From: Catajapyx aquilonaris
Taxonomy: Eukaryota
DNA length: 64,000 nucleotides
Assembly (NCBI GenBank): GCA_000934665.2
Contig: JYFJ02000088.1
Span: 1-64,000, forward strand
Direction of reading: 5' to 3'
Shown one piece after another: positions 28,277 to 38,870 of this stretch. The first letter of the stretch is position 1; every line of letters starts with the position of its first letter. The translations under genes and the position numbers were made by a program. The notes beneath the pieces were generated by a model that was given only the letters and a program-made list of their open reading frames with translations, searched no databases and was not told the origin of the DNA.

Positions 28277-29986
28277 CTATGGTACTTTCGGCATGGGTCC
28301 TGCCACGTCTTGTATCCATCTTAAGAAAGGACTGACTCGGGTGTAAATGCCTGGAATTCCTGGAAACCCGCATCCAATTCCAGTTGAAACAAGGCCAATT
28401 AATGAAAAGTGATTTCCATCTTTTACTACCAGAGGGCCACCAGAATCACCCTGTGTAAATTAATCCAGTTAAATTCATGCTTAGTATTACCAAGAGCTAG
28501 CTCTTGATATTACCCTAGAAAGATTACATACCTGACATGCATCCTTCCCTCCTTCGACCTTCCCAGCACACATCTGGCTCTTGTCAATTCCCCTTGGAAG
28601 CTGGTAGCCCACAGCTTGTATTTTTTCGTATATGCTCACACAGAGGGAAGTGTTGTAGATGTCTAGAGAGACTTGTTGCAGTATAGGACTAGTCTCACCA
28701 ACTGCAAAAATGAACAGGTCAAAATGTGGCAGCAGTGATATGACACATTTACTTACAAAATTGCAAGTGACCCCAGCCGGTTACAATTGCCTCCTTTTTC
28801 CCAGCGAACCTTTCCTCTAGGCCAGGATATGGTAGGCATATTGGTTGCATGGCATTGTTGTACTGGATGGAGCGATCCAAACGGAGGATGGCAATGTCGT
28901 TGTAGGCTTGTGGATATGAGTATTCCGGATGAGGTGTGATTTTAGCCACTTTGAAGTCTATTACTGTGTTGTCATCTGCTGAGGAAGCAATGTTATGTTC
29001 TCCTAGCCGTACCACCTCGGGCTTTCTGAAATTTCATTACAAAATTAGAATTTTCTCAGATATAAGCCAGGAATTCAGCTGTTCACCAGAGCAAAACTGC
29101 ATGACGTGACTCACCCTGAGGCAATGGTGCAATGAGCAGCAGTAAGGACGTGCTGGCTGTTAATGACAGCTCCGCCACAGAACCATTTCATAGCTCCTTT
29201 GTCGTTTCTGCCAATAGTTGCCTGTGAACACGAATTTTCACATTAGATGCTCATTAAGTCTGACCCTGAACTTACCATCCATGGCCATGCACCTCGTCGA
29301 GCATCCGTTCCTCCCTGGACGAAAAACATGTCTGTTGCGAATTCGGCTGGTGGTTCATCATCTGCTGCTGCTGGAAGCGGTGGTGGTCTGTTGATGATAT
29401 CTTCTCTTCTGTACCTCCTCCTCCAACCGAAATTTGGTCTCCTCCTCGCAGTATTCCCTGCTGGTACCCTATCCAACGCCCTGGTACCACAAACTACAGG
29501 CACACCAGAAGTTGTCACAATCCCATTAGGTAAAACCAGGAGAGCAATCTTACCTGCATTGCCATTGTTATAAGGCCTGACATCCGGCTTTGACGAAAAG
29601 TCCTTCAGAACGTACCTATCCGGACAACACACTATGGGCACATTGCGGTCCCATCTGCACAGGTGCTGGTTATGAAGCTCACGCTGAAACCTGGAGCACT
29701 GACGAGGCCTCACACATGTACCTTTGTATCCATACTGTCTACACTCCTGACCACTGTTAGAATTGGGTCTAGCAGTGCTTGAGGCCTCAATATCCGGATC
29801 ATCCGGAAAGTAAATAGCATCTTCAGCACCACCTGTAATTTACCCCTCCTCATTAACCATCTTGGGTACTACTTAACTACTTGGGTACTATTTACAATGT
29901 TAAAATAATACTTTCCAACCTATTTCCATACCTGTTAAGTGCAAAACAAGTCCTATTAATAGAGCAGTAACAAAGCAGCCTCTCAT
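28277..29986 (-). CDS. CLIP-domain trypsin-like serine protease (6 exons)
   Basis: Signal-peptide-like start [18 protein letters not shown], six-Cys clip domain ([17 protein letters not shown]), VQGG..AWPWM, catalytic triad TAAHC / NDIAIL / KDACQGDSGGP, end [13 protein letters not shown]...KVP*. Confidence 0.93.
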
Positions 29987-30113
29987 CCTTCCAAGGTGTT
30001 TCTCGTCTGCAGAAGTTGAGTTGCGTGCTACGTCTTTTTCTGGACTTCTTTCCGGACAGGTTTGTGACGCAAGAGCAGAGGAAAAGCTCTATTATTTGCC
30101 AGTGTTAACCACC

Positions 30114-30393
30114 TTTTATATTCAGTTAGCATTGGTCCCCTAAGGTCATGACGGTCAGCCGGAGGGAACGAAATGGGAGATGCTCTTGGAATACGCAATG
30201 GACAAGGTCGTGGGTGTTCTGCTTCACCACCTCAAGTGTACCTGGGGTATTCCCCACCTATCTTCGCACTTAGAGATCAATTGGACACGAGTGTGCAAAT
30301 ATGGACGTATGACAACTTATGTCACTACTACGTTGTCTGAATCACATATGAAGTTCTTTGTGTGTGAGAAATGAGTGGAATGTGGGAAGTACC
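30114..30393 (-). promoter_or_regulatory. Putative CLIP protease promoter: TATA box and kappaB-like sites
   Basis: TATAAAA on the minus strand at 30114-30120; GGGGTATTCCCC at 30244-30255; GGGAAGTACC at ~30384-30393. Motif match only. Confidence 0.5.
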
Positions 30394-32064
30394 ATGAAAT
30401 CTTTGTGAGAATTCTGGGCATCCAGGTGCTAATTTCTTTGGGGAGGAATTCACTGAATCACCAATTTAGAGTGGAAAAACCATTGCTTGAAAGTGGGCCA
30501 GGAGGATGACCGTGACATTAATTGGGGGTGAAAAGTACTAAAGGTACGGATAATAAAGTCAACGAGTATGTGGGATAATAGTGGTCACAATAATGGACAC
30601 TGGATTCTGTGGAAACATTTATCGCCAATGAGTTTTTTAAAATATTTTTTACACTGATAAAAATTGTAGTGCAGCAACCTGTGAGCAGCAACATGCAATG
30701 CCCCTTGTTGATAAACTGGTTTGTTAGAGAATGATATTCTTCATTGGACTTTGGCAATATCCTGTAGGCTATGCAGGAAACCCAGGTGTTGCATCATTGG
30801 TCACTACATAAGTTCCTGTATCATATATGGAAATGTGACAGGCCATGACTTATTGGAATAGTTCCTCGTTCTTGTCTTGTCGGGTTTTCATACGCGTCAT
30901 GTTCCTGCTTCATAAATCTCACTTGATGTGCCAAGTGTGGTCCACTCGGAAGGTGATTCAAGGTCTTGCAGGTAACTGACAAGAGTCGAAGTCGCCGAAC
31001 TGCGACTGACTCAGGTTACATGATGTAATAAGCTATGCATAATTCTTTTGTCAAACATCACTGTAGGAGTGATGTAGGGGATGTAATTGCAAATTACTCT
31101 ATTAGTTAAAGGGATTGACCATCAGGCTATGTCAAAATTTTGACCCAAATGTGACTTTGGCAGGTCTGTGTCTTTTGTACGATTACCATTGAAAGAAAAG
31201 GTTACAAAGAGCACGAAATCCAAAGATTCGCGAGTTTTTGAGTAAGCCTAATAAATGCCTGCCCTGCCCATATTAAATGTCAAACTTGTGAAATAAGTAG
31301 TATATAAATCTGTTCAAAAATAACCTAAAGAAATGAATACCACTATATTATAATATACCGGTAAGTTTCGCCACAATTTTCTGTACCAAATTTTCCGTCA
31401 AATTCACAAAAGACATCGAATCTTCTGCATTAAACAATCAAAAATTCGGTAATTGGCAAAGGCCTTTCTGCTATATGTCCAGGCTCCAGAGTCAATCATA
31501 AAGACAGGTTCACCGCACCCTAAATATAAATTATGCAAGGATTAAAAATGCACTTACTACACAGAGCCACTCCTTATAGAGCTCTACAGTCTACTCATCC
31601 TCCACCCTGATTACTTAGGCAACACACACAGCATCACTGCTCATACAGTATTTTTTGACAGTTTTTGACAAGGAATGGTAAAACACTTTACCTTGTATCG
31701 TACAGTACACATCACACGTGACTGGGCTATTCACGAAATGTGGATATAGAGCTGATCCAAATAAACACATGTCTCTGAAGTCAAATGTCTCCTTATAATC
31801 CAGGTTCCTGTGGATCATCTTGAGATAATAAAGGGTTTTACTATAAAGAGTCTAGACCTCTCTAGTCGGCCTTGAGAGAAACGTTTCCCTACAAAAGGGG
31901 TGTCTGTAGGATACCCAAGTCAAATATACCTTTTTGCATGCCTTTGACCATCGAGGAAGTTAACTTCCTCCGACACTTGTTCCTATATAGTTTTACAGGA
32001 AGGTAACAATTGGTGACATCAGCAATGATTCAAAAATATTCTGGTTGGTCACATATCACGGACG

Positions 32065-32148
<84 letters not shown>
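32065..32148. repeat. (AAT)n microsatellite, ~28 units, forming the SINE tail
   Basis: Perfect trinucleotide run visible in the sequence. Confidence 0.97.
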
Positions 32149-32151
<3 letters not shown>

Positions 32152-32410
32152 TTGTACCCCGTGCTAGAGCCATGGGCCCCATTTTTTTTATCTGGAACTC
32201 TTGCTTTCGTTTTTACTTCTCGTATATGGGGATGGGATAGGGACGGTAGGAAGCGGCTGTGGCCTACAATTACGGACAGGACCCCGGAATTTTCCTGGTG
32301 AGACCATGGGAAACCACGAAAAACCACGGTCAGGGTCGGCGGCCACCGGGATTCGAACCCAGGACCTCCCGATTAGCAGTCGGATACCATATCCCCTCCG
32401 CTACCACTGC
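32065..32410 (-). mobile_element. tRNA-derived SINE with (ATT)n tail
   Basis: Minus strand: A-box-like TGGTAGCGGAGGGG, B-box GGTTCGAATCC (32349-32359), unrelated body (GGTTTTTCGTGGTTTCCC...AGGCCACAGCCGCTTCC), then a simple-repeat tail. Confidence 0.82.
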
Positions 32411-33478
32411 ACTGCTTCGGTCATGAGCTAATGATATTGTCATTGCCACTCAGCTGTCCTGGAAGCCTCACTACAAGCTCATTACTTGCTGCATGCTTCA
32501 AACCTAATGACAATGGGGAGCAAAAACAAGAATGCATATTTTTTTATAATTATTTATTCTTGTGATGTAGCACTGAACAAAACCATATTTGCTACCTCTT
32601 CATAATTTCATCCTTACATGACAAGCTCACATACGTTTTCTTTCAAACATCATGTATTACGTATTAATTCATAGCATTTGTATCCACATTCAAACAAATC
32701 AAATATGTCTTTGAAAATAAAGTTCAGCCACTCACTCAACTGACTCATTGGCTGCAACTCTGCAGTGGCAATAATACAAACGGTATAAAATATAATATTG
32801 TAGTTGCAATAAAAGGGACGTGACAACAGCAAAAATACAGGCATAGCATTGCAATCATCTTGGGACAAATTGTGACTTGACTATTGTTGCTGGGACAAGA
32901 GGCACTCTCAAGTTCAAGATACACTTATTGCATTTCTACTCCATAATTCCTCTATTTGCAGTACCACCCAAATAATAAATAACCGCTGCAAATAGAAGAC
33001 TACAACGCTTACAATCGCAGTGGTGCTGATCATTAATACTACTTTGTTAATCTGAGTTCTCCCGTCTTGTAAACATTCTTCCTCTACTCAACTCAAAAAC
33101 TGCAGCATGTGACCCTGAGTTCACAATTGTTACTATCAGCCAAATATTATCATGAACACACTCGTAAAAAGTGTTTGCAACATAATTTGGGCGATAGGAC
33201 CTCAAACATGAGTTACTCGTTGCATTCGAAATTGCACACATAATGCGATGCTAAACGTTTCACCAGCAGTCTAACACATGGCCCAACTGGCTTAACTTCC
33301 ATTGCACTAGCTTAAAAAATTATAATTCAAAGGCCACCTATTGCAATATTGAGCTTCATCCACCTTATCCTTCATTTAAAAAAAATTAAAGACTGCCTCT
33401 TTGGTTGATGCAAGTAAAGCCTGTGAGGAATCTAATTCAATTTTCTGTACTGCCTTAGAATGTGTTTGTATTATTAGA

Positions 33479-36400
33479 TCACAAAGAGACAAGTTTTGGA
33501 GGGACAGAGTCAGGGCTGGAGAGGTCAGCACCTCCAGAACTGCGCTGCTGGCTGGAGCAGGATGGCACGAAAGTGTTGGTACCTCCGGAAGAGGTGCACG
33601 AGACAGCAGAAATCAGATGGGGAGTAAGTCCAGTGCCAGAGACAGAGACAGGCGTTAGGCCGGTTCCACCATCCATCAGAGACTCAAAGTTGAAGATACC
33701 CGATGAAGGCGTACGGATCGGAACTCCTGCCACTTCAGTCACCTGTGGGAAAATGCTGTTCATTTCAAGTCCAGTCACAATTGAGTTCTCAGTTCAAAAA
33801 TAGTGAACAAAGTATTCTAAACATTCATGATTTTACAAACTCATGGTTTCAGTTTTAATTTGAAAATTAATTCACAACAGAATCACTCATAGGAACAGGG
33901 GCTGAAGTAGAATCAGGCCAAGCTACAGTGGGCTTTGCTCTACTCTGGGTTACCAAGTTAATAATGAAATTTTCCCTTACCTTAGTGTTAACTTTGAGCT
34001 GGGCTGAGAAGCTCTGAGCAACAGGAAGTGAAGTCGGCCTCAGAGGTTTGTTGTGCTGAGGATGGCTGTTTGCTTGATCCATGCTGGCACCACTTGTGGG
34101 CACCTTGCCGCTGCTCCCAGAGTGATGATGGGATGGAGCCACACAAACTGGGATGTGATGATCGTTGTGCATCATGCCCTCGGTTTCAGGGTCTGGCATC
34201 TCTGTCTTGATCCGGACTGCCTTATCTCCATCCTCCCTAAATACATTGCAGATGGTGCGATGTGCTTCCAGGACAAACATCAGTTCCTCCTTCTGTGTCT
34301 GAAGCATCTGAATTTCTTCCTGAAGCTGCTTCTTGCGCATCTCTTCTTCTTCAGTTTCCTAAAGAGTCAGTAATGTGAATGTAAGTGTGACTGCATAAGA
34401 ATGAAACTACAAAAGTCACATGAAACTGAACTTACAGCAAGAAGGCAGTTGGTATGATCCATTCTCCTCTTTCTGCACCTGGCAGCCGCCAGCTTGTTCC
34501 TCTCACGTCGGATCCTCCGGCGCTCATCCTCCTCAGGAGTCAGCTGAAGTACAATAAGTTGTAATTATTAACCGTAGAGATTCACATGATCAGTGATTAA
34601 TATGGAGTCCACTATTCTGTGACAATAGCAACTTTGAATGCTGCTTACTGCTTGAAAGATTAGAACTCAAAATGGGCTGTAATAAATTATCACCTTGTCA
34701 TTATGGGCAGGCCTCCTCCCTCCCATACTTCTGCGCCCCGTTGTGGTAACCGTAGGTATTGAAGTGGCTATGGAACTGAGCACGCTTCCACTCCTAGAAC
34801 TTCCTCCGCTGGTGTTGACAATAGCACTTCCTCCCTGCCACCCCTTGCTGTCTACACTCACGAAGGTGCCTGGCTGCAAGTGGTGCTGGCCAGACTGGGC
34901 CTGGGATTGCCCCTGAGTATGAGACGAGTGAGCAAGAGTCGTGTTCACAACTGGAGGCACGAATCCAGCCTGGTTATGGTGGACCACTGGTGGTGCAGCC
35001 ACACTCTGGAGCTCGAAGAAAGTCTGCTCTATGTTGCGCAATGTGGTCGGGGTCAGTGTTGGGGTTGTGCGCGTCGGCACCCCCGTGTTCAATCCTTCCA
35101 AAGCCAGAGAAAACTGTAACAAAGAAATGAGTGGTTAGATCCAGTTGCAATGTTAATGCCTTGGCTTACATCCACCAACAACCTGGCTTGCTTGCTGCAG
35201 TGTGCGACCACCATCCCAGTGCTGCGGTACACCATGTGAGTTCAGATAAGATTGCTCTACACCTCCTGACCAGCCCCAACCCCAAGTGCTGGATGAATAA
35301 TTCCCTGGGCCAACTCTGTGCACACTACCATCATCTTGACCTTCCATCAGTCACCTCTGACTCTCAAGACAAGACTGACAGGTCCTGACCTGACTCAATG
35401 CCCCCTTCCACCCCTTTCCCCTTCCCTGATAAGCCCTTTCCTGCCCAATTTGCTGGTCAAATATTTCCAAATGCAATATTTAAAAAAACACCCTTGTTTT
35501 TCTTTCTCGTGCCCAATTTTTCTGCCAAAACATCCTCTATGAACACCATGTTTTTGCCATAGTTTTTGCCATAGTTTTGCGATAGTTTTGACCTCTGCAA
35601 GTCACATGGGACATGTCCTGACATGATAACACCACCTGGTTTTGGTTGTCTTATCTGTTTTCTTCTCCTCCCTGATCCTTTTTCCAGTTTTTCCCTCGTG
35701 ACCATCAAACAACCTACGTCACGAAGGGGGGTGTCCTCCCAGCTTACTCATGACGTCATTCCTTTCACCCCTCAAAAAAAATCAATATCCCAAAAACCAG
35801 CTGTGTAAATATTGTTCCACAAAACGCGCATCGTACGATCGGAAACCACACATCCTATTGCACAACATTGCAATTTCGGTACCAACAAGCGTACACTGAA
35901 CCCCCCCCCCCCCCCCGATAAACGCATTGCAAATATTTTGCATACCACACATTGGCATCCCTGTTGTCATTTATGTTGGCTCACTTTTCATACCATATTT
36001 CAGACAGTGCCCTATTGTCATTACGGTGCTGTTGGCACCCCCTACTTTTCATACCGTATTTCATGCAGTGCCCTATTTATTACGGTACTGTTGGCACCGC
36101 CCGTATTCCAAGCAGTGCCCTATTGTCATTACGATACTGTTGGCACCTGTTGGCACTGGCACCCCCTACTTTTCATACCGTATTTCACGCAGTGCCCTAT
36201 TGTTATTACAGTACTGTTGGCACCCCCGTACTCCAAGCAGTGCCCTATTGTCATTACGGTACTGTTGGCACCGCCCGTATTCCAAGCAGTGCCCTATTGA
36301 CATTACGGTACTGTTGGGACCAGACCCACTTCTTTTCATACCGTATTTCAAGCAGTGCCCTATTGTCATTCCGGTGCAGATGTTGGCACCCCTGCTTTAT

Positions 36401-37073
36401 ACAATATTCCAAAGCAGTGCCCTACATTTTATTGACATCGTTGAAGGGCATGGCGGCGCCTGCCTCCGCTTTTTTTTATATTATTTTTTAATCCACTATC
36501 ACCCGCCACCCCCACCATGCACTGCCCCTTCGGAACAAAAACCCCACCCCTCCCGAACGTGACCTTGATGGAATAGTTGGCGTCGTCAAACCCTCCCCAG
36601 CGCCTCTAAAATGGGCCCCTCGCCAAACCTAATCAGTGTTGGGCAAAAGTGGGGGGGGCGAATCCGGGTGCCGTATCTCCCCCCTTATTTCCTTGCGAGA
36701 TATTGCGTCTGCGGTGTACTCGCAGGTGGGGGAGAAATAAAAAAAGAGAGGCCCTTGTGACGCAAATAGGCTCGGGTAGAGGCTAAGCGGTGTTGCCACA
36801 TTTACGCACGTGGACAATAGGCCCCCCCGGATTGTGATGTCATGCCCGTATAAGTGACGTCATTATTACCGTAGTGGGAGTGATGGCGTCGGTGGGTAAA
36901 GCGACGCCGTGATGTCCCGTTTGTGATGATGATCGTGCGTCCTCGCTGTTGAAGCTGTCCTCACTGCCGGTTAGGCTGTCGTCGTCCGCGTTTGAGCTGT
37001 AGCTGTCCGACTGGTAGTCCACTACCTTTGTAGCCCGCCTGGCTGGCCTCCTCGGAGCGCGTCTGGACACCAT
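33479..37073 (-). CDS. kay: Fos-family bZIP transcription factor (kayak), 5 exons
   Basis: Exons 37073-36870, 35113-34694 ([29 protein letters not shown]), 34543-34436 ([27 protein letters not shown]), 34358-33981 (zipper..VLEAH, RPTSLPV), 33742-33479 ([27 protein letters not shown]). Confidence 0.94.
35945..36430. repeat. Minisatellite in Fos intron 1, ~8 units of 47-77 bp
   Basis: Core CAGTGCCCT(ATTGTCATTACGGTACTGTTGGCACC) recurs at ~36005, 36066, 36113, 36190, 36238, 36287, 36353, 36415. Confidence 0.9.
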
Positions 37074-38479
37074 TGTTTGCGATACGTGCACTACTAAAAG
37101 CGCCGCGGATCCTGTCTTGGCTGCTGCGTCGCGATGACTCAGCGCGCAGGGAAGCCCACCGCACTCTATAGCCTTCAGCTCCCTACCCTCCCACCCGTCA
37201 CGTGCTCCCCTTACGTCACTACCCTTCCCACCCACTCGTTTTCGCTGCGGCTACGACGTACATGAGTCACCTCTGTTTTCAACGCCATGTTCTCGATTGT
37301 TCCCGCCGAAATGTGCGTGGACAGCACGATAATACAGAAGGGTTGACGCACTTACAGCTCAGGCTACTAAGGCCACTGCCAGGGGGTTCATTTGACTGCA
37401 ATTTGTGACGTCACGATCGAAAATGGTACTGACCAGCTGACGTCACAAAATTTTGGACATACTATGGTAAATGAAACATTGCCAATATGTTGCGGTACAT
37501 TCGCAAAAAAAAAATTACGATCGTAATTACAGCTCGCGTGCAGTGCACTGCAAAAAAAAAAGTACGGATGACGTCATTGGCAATTCCAGGCATGAAAGCT
37601 GGTTCTTAGAAATGCCTAAATGGAGCCTACTCTCAAGAAATGGGATCCGGTTTGGCCATGTTTAGGCATTAGTGTCACACACCCTGGTTTTCGAACTGGT
37701 CCCGGAAATGCCCCCTAAAAATATTTGAGCACAAGTATGCAATGCAAACACATGTCATCAGTTGGCACAGCACAAAAAGTGGTGGATTGTTCACACTAGC
37801 AACCCTATGGCTGTGCATACTTAAAACCAAAAAATTGGCTACAGGTAATTGTAAAAAAAAAAAAATCTTACCTGTCAAAGTGGTCAAATGCAGCCGGTTT
37901 GAGAACAAGGTGCGGATCAGCCTGTGAAAGTTGGGGCACTAAACTTCCCCCCCACCATTTCTCTCCCCCCGCGGCCACCCATGGCCTGAGCCCCACCCTC
38001 TGCAGCTCCTCCTCCCACTTCCCACAGGATGAGTCATCCTTCCTCATGATGATGACTCATGTGGGGGAAATTCCCTGAAAATCGACCAAACAATTTGACC
38101 TGGAAAGCACACAATAGCCAAGGATTCAACTTCAGATAATATTTTATTGTCCAAATCAATTGGCATGAAATTAAACTTAACTGTACAATCTTGCTTGCTT
38201 TTTAATAAAATATTCCACAGCTGCCCCCTTGTTTTTTTATTTTTTTAAATTTCATATCGGGCCCCCACATGCAATAAAATTAATATGTACAGCAGTCGTC
38301 TACAGGTATTGCTGATTAGCTAATGGAGGGATGTGAGAAGTTGTCGCTATGTCTCTTTTACATTTTTTTAAAGGAGTTATGGAAAAATAGAGTTCGAGCG
38401 GCATGTCCCTGGACAATGAAGGAATTAAAAAGTAAACAAAAGTGACTCATAGGTCGGCAAGTCAAGGCGACATGACTCA
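36855..38479 (-). promoter_or_regulatory. Fos promoter/enhancer region with clustered CRE, AP-1 and kappaB motifs
   Basis: TGACGTCA at 36855, 37406, 37438, 37569; TTACGTCA at 37211; TGA(C/G)TCA at ~37135, 37263, 38030, 38053, 38443, 38473; GGGAAATTCCC at 38065-38075. Confidence 0.7.
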
Positions 38480-38870
38480 TTGGGTAGGTCACTCAAATAA
38501 ATTTTTATCTTTAAAATGTCTCTCAGGAATGATAATCTCTCCTATTTCCCATGCAATTAGGAATGGCTCAAGCCGATTGGCGGGGCTTCAAAGAGCATAT
38601 GACATGATTATTAAGTCACAAAATTTGGTTACAACTTATATAATGGTATCAGTAGAAGCACAAATTCCATCTTCGAACGACTTATTGCTCTTGCACGTAC
38701 AAGCCAATTCTCATCTTCAGCACAGAAGAGGATAAAACGGAAGCAAGGACAATTTGTGAAACTGAAAGTTACGCATAATTCAAGTGCTGACTAGGCTACA
38801 ACCAGATAGTTTCTCCATTGCGTCTGATAAAATTCTCTCCCTTCAAACCGCCACAAATGAAAAACCCTGC

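Noticed and set aside
35812..36562. Repetitive Cys/Tyr-rich ORFs and a CRISPR-like repeat-spacer look
   Set aside because: These are translations of the minisatellite; spacers are repeated rather than unique, the context is eukaryotic and there are no cas genes.
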